Below, piece after piece: positions 37,000 to 57,419 of a stretch of DNA of 64,000 nt (positions are counted from its first letter, which is position 1; each line of letters begins with the position of its first letter). The position numbers and the translations under genes were made by a program. Under the pieces are notes generated by a model. That model did not search any database and was not told where the DNA came from. It was given only the letters and a program-made list of their open reading frames with translations. The stretch is from the NCBI RefSeq assembly GCF_009914755.1, contig NC_060925.1, one strand, 5' to 3'. The DNA is from the human T2T-CHM13v2.0 reference genome, Homo sapiens.

Positions 37000-38770
37000 A
37001 GAGAAAATGATTAGAGAATGTAATTCCTGGGGATAGGGTAGGAGTAAATATAAAGTGAAAGAGCACAAACTCTCTACATCATGTTACATCTTCCTTTGAC
37101 CCACACAATCTAAATTTACCAAGAGATGTATAAACTAAGGCTTGAGTTTTGGCTTTTCAACCTGATTTACACATTACCAGCCAATGTAGCTATTGCATAC
37201 TATTCCTACAAAACAAGAAAAATACTAGATAACTGAGAAAAGCAAAATCTACAATAAAAACATAATTCAATGATTTATACTAGATGGAGCCTAGATATAT
37301 TATAGCAAAATATTTAAGAACACTAAAGACAAAAAGAACAACTCAAAATTGTTTTAGAAAGAATAGTGGAAAACAGAGTAACATGGAGAAAATGCAAAGG
37401 GAATGAGAAAACAGGATGTCTTATTCGGGATGAAGATATTAACATATATATATATAGAGAGAGAGAGAGATTTATTTAATGCAAGAATACAAATAGAATG
37501 TGTAACTTTCATAGCAACAGAAAAATCAATAGAAAATATGCAGTAAAGGAGAAAAAAGAAACAAAAAAGGCATATGGCAAGAGAGACAAATATAACAATA
37601 ATTAAAATAATTTTTTAATTCACCAATTAAAAATTATAAACTATCATACTGAATAATAAAACTAGCATCTACTATACATCATATATGTGTGGATTAAAAC
37701 TAGAATGTCATAGGTTGAAATTAAAGAGAAAGGAAAAAATATACCACACAGTTACGAATCAAAACAAAGGTAACCATTTTAATATCAGAAAATAAATATA
37801 ACTCAAAGGTACACACACACACACAAAGAAAGAAGAATGTAGGGTACTGGTAAAAGAAATAATCTACATAATACAGGATTCAAACATGCTTATGAACCCA
37901 ACTCCATAGCCCCAAAAGATATCCAGTACAACAATGACAGAACTGTAATGAGAAATTGAAAATTGAGAGTTACTTAATTTGTGTGGGGAAAACTGCGTTG
38001 TTTTGTTTTTATAGAGAAAAAAATCAAACAGATTTTTACATAAATAAAGTGCAGATAGATTAAAATTTTGATTGTAGAAAAAAATAAAAGTAATAGAAGA
38101 AATTTCAGAATATATCTGTAACCTGCTGATGGAAAAGTATCTTTTAATCTTTAAAAAACCCACAAAATACACAGCAACAACAAGACAACAACACAGATTT
38201 ATTTGATAGCAACAAAATAAAATTTTGTGTTTAATGCAAGTTATTATAAGTATTGCAAAAAACAAATAGTACTTTGGAAGAATATAATTGCAGTCTAAAA
38301 TTTAAAATATATTAACACCTGGAATTTAAGTGGAACTCCAGAAAAACAGAAATAATTATATCAAAACCCAATATAAAAATGGACAAAGACTAGGAAAAGC
38401 CAATTATAATGATTATTACAGAAGACAAATTAAAATACATGTGAAATACAAGTGGTATCCCCTAAACTTATCAAAAAATAACAAAAATAGAATATCAGAT
38501 AATATCACATGTTAGAATATGAGTAGATAAAAACTTCACATACTACTGATAGAAATATTCAGGTATAGCCATTCTGGAAATAAATCTGAGAAGACCTAAT
38601 GAAATTAAATTAAATACAGTACATACTAAAACTCTTTAATTCTACTCGTGTGGTAGTCAGGGCAGTGTTTCCTTTGCAGTAGTTGCATACCCTGAAATAC
38701 TCCACAGCAATAATGAACGAGAAGTCAACGCAGCAACTTGAATATCTTAAAAATACAGTGTTGGCCTTTT
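37000..38770 (+). mobile_element. Highly degraded ancient L1 (L1ME/HAL1-like)
   Basis: Strongly A-rich strand with residual L1 motifs (aattcaccaattaaaa, cattttaatatcagaaaa, tagccattctggaaataaatctg). Confidence 0.55.
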
Positions 38771-38780
38771 AAACAAGGAT

Positions 38781-38783
<3 letters not shown>

Positions 38784-38820
<37 letters not shown>

Positions 38821-38925
38821 ACACATATATATGTGTATATATATATGTATATACAAAGATAACTGTATATATATGATATACAAAGATAACTTTGTATATA
38901 TAATATATATGTTTACATATATATA
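38784..38925. repeat. (TA)~17 microsatellite plus degenerate TA-rich tract
   Basis: Pure TA run 38784-38818; duplicated tatacaaagataact unit. Confidence 0.95.
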
Positions 38926-39228
38926 TTATACTGTAAGTTCTGGGGTACATGTGCAGAACGTGCAGGTTTGTTACATAGGTACGCACATGCCATGATGGTT
39001 TGCTGCATCCATCAACCCACCATCTACATTAGGTATTTCTCCTAATGCTATCCCTCCCCTAACCCCCCACCCACTAACAGGCCCCGATGTGTGATGTTCC
39101 CCTCCGTGTCCGTGTGTTCTCATTGTTCAACTCCCACTTATGAGTGAGAACATGCGGTGTTTGGTTTTCTGTTCCTGCGTTAGTTTGCTGAGAATGATGG
39201 TTTCCAGCTTCCTCCATGTCCCTGCAAA
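38925..39228 (-). mobile_element. 5'-truncated ~300-bp L1PA 3' end (L1PA6-8-like)
   Basis: taagttctggggtacatgtgcagaacgtgcaggtttgttacatagg...cccacttatgagtgagaacatgcggtgtttggttttctg; tatatatatta on both sides. Confidence 0.95.
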
Positions 39229-40619
39229 TTATATATATTATTTACAAACTTATACACATAAAACAACCCTGTAAAGGATAAGTACATATTCAGGGAGGCA
39301 GAAGGATATATTTCAAATCAATTTGAAAAGGCATTTGTAGTAAAGGAGAGGAAAAGGAAAAAGAGTGGCATTGGTGAAGTGGGAAACAAGTAAAACAAGA
39401 GAGTCCTTCATGGAGCAATGTGAGCAGACCATGACCTGAAGAGAAGAACTGATTGGAATCTCTGTGCGTTTTCTAATCTCTTAATAGAGAATTTAGAAAA
39501 ATTTTATTTTGTAGAGTTTGTGACATGCATTCTTAAACATGATTGATGTGAAGAAAATTGGGAGCATTTTTGGAAAATAATTTTAATTACCAAATGCTTT
39601 CTGATACTTAAGATATGACAAATACAAATTTATTCACATTACCAAGACTTGAACACTGGCTCATCAGTGGAATATGCAATATCCTCAATATCACTATGAA
39701 GCAGAAGCAAAATGAGCCAGTTCTGACCTAGAGATCCCAGGTGTTTAGGTGCAGGCAACTGAAAACTCTTGCACAGATTAAGATTGGACTGAGCCTGAAA
39801 AAAAGAGAAAAGAAAAAAACTTAAGGTGGGAGTCTGTACACCAAAATTTCAAAACATGTGAAAAACACTAATATTAAAGTGAATAACATTAGCATCAAAT
39901 AAAATAAATGCAATAAAAACTTTAAAAGAAAATTCTACAATGAGCATGTTTAGAACATATAATTGTTCATATTATATTTCCTCCTCCTCTCTGAAGAAGC
40001 ATTTTAATTCACTATTCTGTGAACTCAGATGTGACTAGGTGGCTTGCTTTGCCAAAAATATCAATAAGCAATAAAATAATAGAAAATTAGGGTAGAAAAG
40101 AAGCTTATTCAAACTTACACTCACTGTAATGTGTAACTCCTATTTATCTATCCATTTATTTATCATCTATCATTTATAATGGTACAGATATTTGAACTCA
40201 GATTCACCTCCTGTGGCTTCTACGCAATGATCCTGTTCTATTTCTCCAACAAAAACAAAATATAACTCTTTCTCACACATTGTAGCCCTCTGAATGCTTT
40301 AAAACAAATATATCTCTTCTTTGTCTTCTGTTCTGCTAATTAAACATCTCAACTTCATAGTTTTCTTTATGAGACATAGATATCAGAAGTCTCACCATAG
40401 TGCTTACCTATTTCTCCAGACTGTTTTATGTGGAAATCTTAAAGCTGATAGATGAAACTTTGTATCTTGTTGGGAAAAATCACACAAATTATTTTTAACC
40501 CTAGGGCCACAACAGAACCCATTCTTGTTGCTTATTTTCCATTTTAACCATTTAAAAAAACATCATGAGATATATGATCCTTATATTAGAGCAAACAAGT
40601 TAGAATATGGTAGGAAATA

Positions 40620-40800
40620 AAATACTATGCTTATTTAGAAGTCCAAATAGAAATTCCAGCTCTGTCCCTTGCAGGTTATATGATTCCATGAGCAAGTTAT
40701 TTGACAGTTATGAGGCTTGGTTCATTCAGCCTTAATATGAGGATTTGAAAGATTTACTTCTATAATGACTTATGGTACAAAGAACTATGCAAATAAGCTG
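40620..40800 (+). mobile_element. MIR fragment
   Basis: aattccagctctgtcccttgcaggttatatgattccatgagcaagttatttgac. Confidence 0.6.
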
Positions 40801-43800
40801 AAGGAGTTGGAAATAATGATGAAATGTATTTCAAGAAAGCACTACAAAACTTTGAATCATACGTTTTGACAAAATAAATATTTAAGTGCAACTCTACCAA
40901 AAGTGTGAATTATACTCATCCAGTTGCAGAGATTATTTTTGAAAAGACATGTCTCAGCAAAGTCATTTTAATCTAGCTCATTTGGATTGACTCTCAAGGC
41001 AGGCAATAAAAACAAAATCCCTGCTTCTGTATTATTTTTCTGTGGTATGCTTCCTACTTCTGATGTGTGATGTATTTAATTGAATGAAACTCAGTGATGG
41101 AAAGGACGTAACATTTTGTAAGCTTGGTTGACAGTTTGCAATTGATGGGGAGTGTCTCTTGATAAAAGGGAAATCTGGCACTGGAAATCAATAGAATAAA
41201 AATGTAAGAAGCATGAAAACATGCTTATATAAAAGAATATTTACTTATATAAAAGAATAGCTGATTTTTATTGGGATTAAAAGAAAAATGATTATTCTAG
41301 GTATGAAAATGTCATGTAATAACTTGACTACTCATGATTACCTGAAAGTGATCTTTTATACCCTTTAAATTTGTATAAAAATATACATCATGGAAATTTG
41401 CAGAAATGAAATATGACAGAGCAAAAAAATGGGCATTAACATCCACAGAATTCTATACAAACAAACAAAACCCTACTATTGCCCAAAAGCTACAACTCAG
41501 AAGCTGTGCTTGAATGATTTAAGCAAGAGTTAAAGTTTTGACTTTAAAAATAGATCATGACTGGCTTGTCCAGGAAGGCGGCAAAGGATTTTAGATTGTC
41601 AGGCCAAAGAACAATCTCAAAGTCTCAGCTTCTTGAGTGACTAGATCTTGATCACTTCCTCAAGGAGAGACATTTGATGATAAAGGAGAGAGGGACATTT
41701 TCTCAGCCACTGGAGTTCCTCCAAAAACTGATCCCTTACTCAGCCTTGAAATAAACAGCAGCTGCACCCTGCCCTTTGAGTCAGGAGAAAAAGAAATTGA
41801 AAAAGGAGCCACAAAAGCCATGACCACTGTCACTGCCAGAGATGGAGACCTGGAGAATTCAAAATGGGATAAACAGTGTTGGCACTACAATAAAGATACA
41901 GAGAATTAATAACGCACCAAGCAGTTTCCTCCAGCTCTCCCTAGACTCCCATCAAAAAATACCGAGATCAATTAAATCAAACCAAGCATTTCAATTGACA
42001 AATTAAAAAATAGGACTAGCTATGAATTATTTTCTCTGTTTGATATGAATAATGTATTATATTATAGAAGGCCACGTGGTAAATGGTTAAACCATGATTC
42101 ACTTGGAATTTATGAAAAGATTTTTGTCATTTTGCAATGCTGTTTTTCAAGCTTGACCACAAAGTGTTGAGCTTGTCTTTGATAGTGCCCTGGTGAAGCC
42201 TGTCTAATGGAAAATAGTGAAATATTTTTATCCAGCATGTAGTCAACCCTGCTGTTTTCAATACCAAGGCAAAATGTTAGAACACCTTGCTCAACTTCAG
42301 ATCAAAAAAATCTTCTTGACTTAACAGCCCCATGTGTTTCTTTTTCAAATGCTTTACTAATTCTGTTGAAATATATGTCCAAAGTAGACATTCTTATTAT
42401 TATTATTACTATTACTATCCCATAATAGCTTATATTTGTATTTAAAAATTTATTTACCAATCCTCTCAATTTTTTAATCTCCACTCCAATTTCTTTAATG
42501 AATTTTCAATCTTCAGCACCTCCATATAACAAAAAGTGCTGCACATATTGCCAGAAAAAACATTTCAAAACCCCATGGATACCTAAGACTTTGCAAACCC
42601 TATTAAGGTAAAACAGAACTTATGCTTTTTGCTGTTTTGCAATGGAATTGTAAGAGTTAATATAAGCACCAGTAAATCAATGTGTTATTCTTAACAAATT
42701 AGTTGAAGGTAGGGAATAATTTCTTTAAACAAATCTTAATGAATATCATAGAAAAAGAAAAATAGATTCCACTATAGAATGCATATAAGTGTCATTATCA
42801 CAAAGACAGACTTATATGAGAATCTGTTTCTAAGCAATGTTTCCTTTTTAAGACATCATTTCCATAAGAATTTCACTTTGAATTAAACTATTTTTGAGTT
42901 TGTATTTGTCACGGTGACTCTTATTTTTTTCTAAACTCATAGAAAAAAATACAGAAAACCATCCTAATTAGCCTACAGGGTAGTAATTTTTTACACATAA
43001 GAAAAATATTCTTATTTTTAGGCTCAGATAGATAAAAATTATTTAAATGGAAAGTATGTGGTAAATGTAGTATAAAAAATCTTAGGAAGAATGAATTCTA
43101 TTAACCTACACCTGAATTTAAATAATTAGGAATAAACCATTATACAACGTAGAGTGGAAAGCTGAGATAAGTGCAGGTAACATTCTTAAACATTTACCTC
43201 CCATCCTATTATTCATTTTTTAACACTTGATAAAATAGGGTACAAGTATTTATAATAGTATTTACATCTCCCAGAACATAGAAGGTGATAACTATTATTA
43301 TAATCTCAAAACAATAAGCAAAAATAGGATTGGTATGAAAGAGATAATTCTAAAAGAGTAACGTCTAGTATCATCATGTGGCTACTGCTAATGAAGGTGA
43401 AAGCCAAAAGGCGTCACAACATTCATCAGGAGTGTGTCTGCATGTCACACATTTCTAAGCATTCTTCCAGAGAATTTCTGGTTCTTGAGCACTCCTTATT
43501 TTAAATTGAAATAATACCTGACCTAGTTTGAAGTACAGAACTTGCATATAAGTAGGCTAAAGGCTTCCTATCTTATCACTTACCTCCTTGACGTGAACTG
43601 AGCAGATACTCTTCAAGCACAGTTCATTATCCCCCTCCAGGCATTAGCCCAGTCAGGTAATGTGGTCATTATTTCTCAAGGAAAAGGGATTTTTTTTTTT
43701 AGTTATTTTTTTCAAAATGGCATTTGATTTTAAGCATAGCCTTCCTAACTCTTACTCATTTCCTCTTCCTAGGCAAGAGGCCATTGGTGGGACAGTCAGA

Positions 43801-44952
43801 CTAATGCTGAAAAGAACTTTACTTTTTAAGAAATTTACATCTAGGAAATATTATCAGTAAAGGTATTCTATAAAAATTGACAAAATAAATTTCTGATGAG
43901 TATTATTTGCTAAATAAAATTCCAAGACTCACTGCATGATTAGGTTTATTTATTAAAAGTTTTTGTGGGGTGGATTTGTAAATACTTTAAAAAATTCTAA
44001 GTGCTCCAGTTATATAATATTAACCATGAGAGTGCTATTATATTTATAAAACCACCTCTGAACAAAAAGACAATCAACTTTTATAGAAATGTGTTTATAT
44101 ATGTATAGAATGTATATTTATGTCTATGCATACATCCAATTCTCATTTTAAGGAGACTAATCTTTATGTGTTTTTTAAATTCACATCATGAGCTTTGATT
44201 CGGTTTCAGAAACTAGCTAAATGCAATGAATTATATCCACTTACACATTTTTATTGGTCATAGACTTTTCATTTAATTGATTATCATTATTCAAGTTCAC
44301 CTATTTATAATTCATCATTATTTCAGAAAGGATTCTGTGAAGTTGCTTACTTTGCCAGAGGGAAAAATTAAACTTTTGATTACTTAAAAAAAATTTTTTT
44401 ATACTAGAGAGCATATGAATCTTCCCCTTAGCTTTGCTTCACTGCTTTCAAGAGCAAACTGTCAAGACCCTCCCATTATCATTTACCTCCCTAAATACTT
44501 TCATATTATTTCTCCTGTGTGTACTTTACTGGAATTACAGAGCAAATCAATTTAATCTCTGATGCTTGACAGTGTAATTCACAGGTTGGTTTCTCTCTCA
44601 TGGAATACTTGTACATGTGGAGTGATCAAATATAATATTTAGAAAACAGACTAATAAGATAAACTTTGATTTTATTAATGATAACATAGTTCATGTATAC
44701 TTTCCTATATCCATATCTATATGTCCTTATCGGTATTCAGATACATAGATAAGCATTTGCCATCTCAGCTGGCTGTATGTAAGTAAAATTACCTATATTT
44801 CAGTCATTTGCTTACCTATTTTTCAAGTAATCTAAGCTATTTTGTGTACCTGTGTGTGTGTACCTTTCTGTTCTTATCATATAATGTATTTTGGTTTATG
44901 CTCAATAGGTAAAATATCCTATCATTTAAACCAATTCTTAAAATTTGTGTTA

Positions 44953-45288
<336 letters not shown>

Positions 45289-45899
45289 TTATACAGTCAA
45301 ACATGACTTTGGTGGGAGCTAAATAATAAATATAACCTCTGTTTCTTAATGTTTTATCCTTTCTTATTTGTCAAAGTTCCTGATACATAGTAGGTTATTG
45401 ATATATATTGATAATGAACTGAATAAATGGAAAAATCTAAACTTTCTAAAACATTACCTTATCTTTTGTCTTCAGTGTTGAACTAAAATTTTCATCATTT
45501 ACTAGTTCACCCAGAATTATATTCTTGTTTAGTTTTTTTCTCTTACAATTAGTATAATGCTAGTTTTGTTTTGTTTTGGCTGTTTTTTGTATTAAGGATT
45601 TTTTTGCATTTTTAACCTCATTTAGAATCTAATCAAGTATTTTCAACTGTTCTATTGTTTTGAGACCTTTACTTACACCACTTTTGTCAATTTTCTTTTC
45701 TTATAAAGTAACGTGTTTTTCTTTGAATATTTAAATTTGAAACCTCCATAAATCACTTACTTATTATTATATGCATCAAACCTTACATAATCAATAGCTG
45801 TCACAATAAAGATTTAAAAATTATAGCAGAATGAGGAATGAATTTTCTTCCATTTCTAAGACATTGTTCTGTATTCCACTTTGCTATTGTATGCACGTC

Positions 45900-46200
45900 T
45901 TCCTCCATCCTAACAAAAAAAAAGCAGTGGTCTGCTGTCTCAGGAGTGATCCCAACCTCTCCAATTCCACTTAAGATACAGTTTTCTCCTCTTTTTCAAG
46001 GGACTTGCTCATTTGGTGTGTTTTATCTATCTTCTACTTATAACTTTTCCTTAGTGGTTCCTTTCAATCCATTAGGCTTCTTTCAATACTTATTTGATTT
46101 AAACTTGTTTACCAGGCCACTCTCTCTCCTGAGCATGAAAACCAGGTGTCCAATAACCTACCAGACCTCTGATGTGAATATCCCATAGATATGATAATTC
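45900..46200 (+). mobile_element. L2 fragment (continues after the L1/MLT1 inserts at ~52.45 kb)
   Basis: ctctctcctgagc...ccaggtgtccaataacctaccagacctctgatgtgaatatccc. Confidence 0.5.
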
Positions 46201-46275
46201 ATCATAAGATATCAGCAAAATGGTCAAGTAGAGTTACCTGGCAATCATCCCTCCATATATTTCAACTAGACAGAC

Positions 46276-52023
<5,748 letters not shown>

Positions 52024-52030
52024 AGCCTTA

Positions 52031-52427
52031 TGTGTATGTTGCCTTTTATTGCTGTTAGACACAAATATAGGAGCTTGAAATAATACAAATGTATTTATTA
52101 TCTTATCTTTCTGGAGGCCAGAAGTCCTAAAAATGAAGTGTTAGCCCAGCTAATTTTTCTGGGGCTGTAGGAGAAAACTCATTTTCTTGCCTCTTCCAGC
52201 TTTCAGTTTTTTTCCTCATAGCACTCCAACCTCTGCTTCTGTTGCCACATATCCTTTTCAGACTTTCATTGTCCTACCTCCACTTTCTTATGATTATGTA
52301 GGGCTGACCTGAATTGCCCAAGATAATTTCTCTCATCTCAAGGTCCTTAATTTAATTGCATCTGCAGAGTCTTTTGGGGCAATCAGAACATGCACATCTT
52401 TGGGGTACCAGTATTCTGTTGACCATA
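52031..52427 (-). mobile_element. MLT1 (C/D-like) solo LTR
   Basis: tttattatcttatctttctggaggccagaagtcc...ttcttgcctcttccagcttt...catctcaaggtccttaatttaattgcatctgcagag. Confidence 0.8.
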
Positions 52428-52449
52428 ATGTGCAACGGTGAACCCCCTT

Positions 52450-53285
52450 TTTTCCCCTTAAGACTTTTCTTTCTCCAATATTTACTCATAATGGGTTATA
52501 ATGTCATATAGCGGTCATTCAATATATAAACTTGCTGGGGTAATCCTTGATTATTTTCTTCACCCTCTTTCTCTACATATTCAATCTCCAAGTTCTATTG
52601 ATTCTATATTCTAAATATTTTTCAAACTAATCCATCTTTCTATACCTTCACTGTTGCTTATAAAAATAAGGACGTGATCACTTCTTAACCTTTCAACAGA
52701 TCTTCCTACAAGTTGTCTCTCATTATCTGTTCTATATTTCTAAACATAATTTTATTCATCAGTTAACTGCTCAAAATCTATCAATTCCCTTATTGTCTAT
52801 TTCCCTTAACATAAAATCAAACTTATTTTCTTGTATTACAAGTTTACTCTGCTTCCTCTTAAACCTTATTCATTGCTACAAAATGCCTTTTTCCCATTTC
52901 CTTAGTGAACTAGAGCTCTCCCAGCTCCAGATCACTGATTGTAAGTTATTCTTCTGCCTGGAGCACTCTGTCCTATCTGAATCTGCACTTCACAGAGATA
53001 ACTCCTACCTGTCCTACATGCCTCGTCTTTGATATCATCTACTCTTAGAAGCTGTCCTCTTTTCTGTGTTCAGACTAGTAGCCACCTCATCTTTGTTCCT
53101 ACTGCACCCAGAACTTTACACATTTAACATTATAAAGCACTTGCAAGTCTGTTATTTATACTTCCCCTCAATATCATATGCTCTGGAAGGGTAGGATCCA
53201 CCCCTGCCAACCTCACAGTTTAATTCCTGTGGCTAGCACAGTGTGGTAAAAGGGCTCAATATGTCTTGTTGAAGAAATGGATTTG
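52450..53285 (+). mobile_element. L2 3' region
   Basis: gtaatccttgattattttcttcaccctc...ttcttctgcctggagcactct...gctagcacagtg...gctcaatatgtcttgttgaag. Confidence 0.75.
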
Positions 53286-54093
53286 CAATAAACTGTAGAA
53301 CTTCTAAGAGACTCGCTAACTTTAAATGTGAATTTTAATAATATTGATTAACATTCTATAAGCCATTTGATGTGGAGCCATTCTCATGAAATAAAATTTT
53401 AAATGTTAATTATGCATAGAGGAAATCCAATTCAATTAATGTTTGTGAAAATCATAGTAGGTACAAAACACTGTGTAAGCTACCCCCAAATGTATAAATT
53501 CCCTTAAGTTCCCTGAAAGAGCTAGTAAGAAAAATGCTACCTATAAATAGCAGTGCAATAGACAATGAGGTGCATGCTATGAGAAAATCCATAAAAATAT
53601 ACAACTACAGAAAAGAGAAAAATATTGTAACATGTTACTGCACTTAGCCACTTAATAATCCAGACCAGCAAGACAATTAGTCTGGGAATGAAGCCCAGTT
53701 TTACCATTAAGAATGTAAAGATCAAAACCCAGGAAAAGAAGGCATTGCGCCTGACTAACAGAGGTTTATTTCTGAAGACAAGCAGCTAGAAGTGGCCATA
53801 TTTTCCTGATTATAACATGCAGAAAGAGTCAACCCTGCACCTTATCCTGCATCTGAGGGATAGCTGTCAATTCTTCAACCTTGTTTTCACAATGTCCAGT
53901 GATGACATTACTCTGCACTACAGCCATTCACCCCATTTAAGTAAAGAAATTACCAATTTCAGTAATAACTGAACCTGTTTAAAATGTTAATGAAGGTGTT
54001 GTTGTTTCATGGTAGCAAGAAAAAGACCTTGAGGAAGGAAAGTCTATTATTTATATTTTTTAAACATGGTCTCTCACTGGGAATTGGTATATA

Positions 54094-54577
54094 TGTGGCA
54101 GTTTTAAAACATAATTCTAGAGCTCTTTGACCTATTTTCATCAAGAAATAGGGTCATTATCTCCACACCTTGAATCTAAACAGACTAGTGCCTGATTTAA
54201 CCAATAAGATATGGCAGAAGTGATACTATGTACATGCTGAGGCTAAGTCATAAAGGGTCATCAGCTACCTGTTAGTTCTCTTGGAAAACTCAGCCTCTTA
54301 ACTTTCATTCTTAGGATGCTCCCTCTCATAACTCTACAGCCATGTGTCAGGATATTTAAACACATGGACAGTGTCCAAGCTGAGACCAGACATTTGATTA
54401 AGGAAGTCTCCAGAATGCTCAGACATTTGAATCTTCCCAGTTGAGGCTCCAGTATTTGTGATGAGACATCTATGCCCTGTCCAAATTCCTGACTCACAAA
54501 ATCCATGCGTGCAATAGATACTGTTTTGCATTGCTGACTTTGAGGTGGTTTGGTACACAGTAATAGACAACCAGAAA
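54094..54577 (+). mobile_element. MLT1 (F/G/H-like) solo LTR
   Basis: tgtggcagttttaaaacat...ccttgaatct...accaataagatatggcagaagtgatac...ccctgtccaaattcctgactcacaaaatccatg...gtaatagacaaccagaa. Confidence 0.85.
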
Positions 54578-54609
54578 AAAAAAAAAGGTAGACCCTTGAT
54601 AAGTATTTG

Positions 54610-55115
54610 AGGAAGAAAGTTAGAAACAATGGAAGGGATGAAAAGAAGAACAAAGGTAGGGAGGGAGGAGAGAGAGAAAGAAGAGAAGGAAGACAAAACA
54701 TGAGAAAGAGCAAGAGATACAAATTCAGAGGCAGAGAGGATAGAGTGACAGAAACAGAGACAAAGAAAAAAAAGAAGAAAGACAGACAAGAAAGAAAGAA
54801 AGAGAAAGAGAGAGAAAGAGAAGAGAAAAAGAGAGAAAGAAAGAAAGGAAGGAAGGAAGAAAGAAAGAGAGAGAAAGAGAAGAGAAAAAGACAGAGAAAG
54901 AAAGAAAGAGAGAAAGAGAAGAGAGAAAGAGAGAAAGAAAGGAAGGAAGGAAGAAAGAAAGAGAGAAAGAGAAGAGAGAAAGAGAGAGAAAGGAAGGAAG
55001 GAAGGAAAAGAAAGAAAGAAAGAAAGAGAAAGAAAGGGAAAGAAAGAAAAGATGAAGGAAGGAATGAGGAAAGAAGGGAAGGAAAATAAGTTGGAAAAGC
55101 AGGAAGGGGAAGAAT
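54610..55115 (+). repeat. GA-rich low-complexity tract (GAAA/GA/GGAA compound repeat)
   Basis: 54788-55052 is all purine except one C at 54892. Confidence 0.97.
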
Positions 55116-55184
55116 GAATAGTGGGTGTGACTTGAATAGTGGGTAATTCTTAGAGAGATAGAGTTGTAAGAGAAAAGACATCCC

Positions 55185-55500
55185 AGATGAGTCAGTTAGC
55201 TGTCAGCTAAAAAAACAAAAGCCGCTTTCTATATATCAAGTGTGAAATGTCTAATATAGGAAACACAGGCTTTTGCAGCCAATGGAAGACCTGGAATCAA
55301 AGAATAAAGAAGCCACTGGCATTAGATGGAGGTGAGGAGAATTCTCAAGTATGCCATTCACATGTTTGGCTACAACCATGCTTGAAGAGTAATAACTTTG
55401 CTTTCTCTTAAGCCTTCCAAATCTTGTATTTGTACTTCTTCTTGGCAAACTCTAAATTAGATCCATGCAGGGAAGAGAATTCTGGGATATATATTTGGTG
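55185..55500 (-). mobile_element. Possible ancient MaLR LTR fragment
   Basis: ccatgcagggaagagaattctgggatatatattt resembles old MLT1 termini. Confidence 0.35.
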
Positions 55501-56268
55501 GCTTCACTTCTGCATTAAGGCTGAAGTGATGTCAGTGACACTGAGGTGACAATGGGCAACCCAGGATGCCAGACAAGTGCTAGTAACCAATACCTAGGTG
55601 TGGAGAAACAGAGAACATAGTCAAAAGCACATCTCTTCTCTAACTGGATTATTTGGTGGAAGATAAGAATGGAAAAATAAGCTGGAGTGAGGTACGTAGT
55701 TGTTTTCTGTAGAAACTTAGAGAAGAAAAACAAATAGCAGAGGAAAAAATACCTGAAAGAGTAACTGCAGAATAACAACTAATAAATAAGATTTGATGAT
55801 TGCTGATGTTGGATCTGGAGCTGTGATTCAAAGTCAAGGACACACTACAAAAGTCATACTTTCCCTTCTAAGTCCGTGTTTTCTGTACTGTGAATTTTTC
55901 ATGTACCGTCCTAAAGATTTTCATCGAATCCATGTATTACTCACAGAATTTCCTTCTTAATATTTTGTTTTTAAATATATTCATTATTTTAAATGAATAA
56001 TTTTATATTGCAATAAAAATTTACAACCTGGTCCCAGTGGAAAGTGTGAATCACATAAAATAGAATGTATCAATGTAAACCCTGAGTCAAAAGGGACTGG
56101 AGATTCCTGAAGCTCCATACAGAAAAAGACTTTTTTCTTTTTTGCAAGAGAAAAAAAAAAAACAGTGGAATTAAAGTTACACCAAGATTTATTCCTCCAT
56201 TCTGAAAGATAAATTATACATACTACAACAGGAAAGAAAATATGTACCTTTTGGGGAAAATAATCTGA

Positions 56269-56678
<410 letters not shown>

Positions 56679-57419
56679 TGAGAGTAACTCATTCCCAAAA
56701 TTCAAGACTGGATGACACTGTGACTAAAATGAAGATCGAAAGGTAGGATGGAATGTCACCCAGTCTCAGGGATTCTGCCGCCAGGGAAGTAGTAAGGACC
56801 CCTTTTGTAGCAATTGTCTGATCCTTCTCATTTAGCAAGGCTATGGATTGAGTGTGTGCTTTTCCCTACTTTAGCGGCCCTGCCTACAATTGAAGTTATC
56901 CCACTTTGACCAAGGAACCAAGACAGTACAGGTAGTAAAACCCAAGGAGCAGGGCAGGAGGGTATTAAAAACACAAATGTCTTTGACTACTTGGTATCTC
57001 TTCTCCTCTGTGTCCATCTCATTGAAATTAAAATAATAAAGGCAGGGCTTATCCCAGAGAAGGAAGTCAAATCTGGTTTTGGCATGTCCTAAAATAATTA
57101 TAAAAACAAAGTAATGTTTCTTAATTATGGCTAAATATTTTTACCTGCATAAGCTTTGCCACTGATATCTGCTTGTGCTTTCTTTACCAAAAAGAAGGGG
57201 GACTATCAAGTGTCACACAAGCATAAAATTATACAAACAGTAAATATACTGGTTCTCTTTGCTGTAATCAAGGTATTGAAAGAAAATTGCAAAGAAATAC
57301 TTGCTGAGGCAATCCTACTTAATGCTGTAGCAGGAACGTGATCAAGTTTGTTAGCAGCGGTCTTAGTGTTGTTTTTTGAGGGTGAGGGGTAGGAGATAAT
57401 TCTACAAGCAGTAAGAACA

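Noticed and set aside
37864-38265. 133-aa hydrophobic minus-strand ORF
   Set aside because: Antisense of an A-rich degraded L1; composition artefact
54261-55181. Longest ORF (306 aa, minus) and the overlapping 160-aa K/R/E-rich ORF
   Set aside because: Open only because the GA/TC tract lacks stop codons; the remainder is MLT1 LTR sequence
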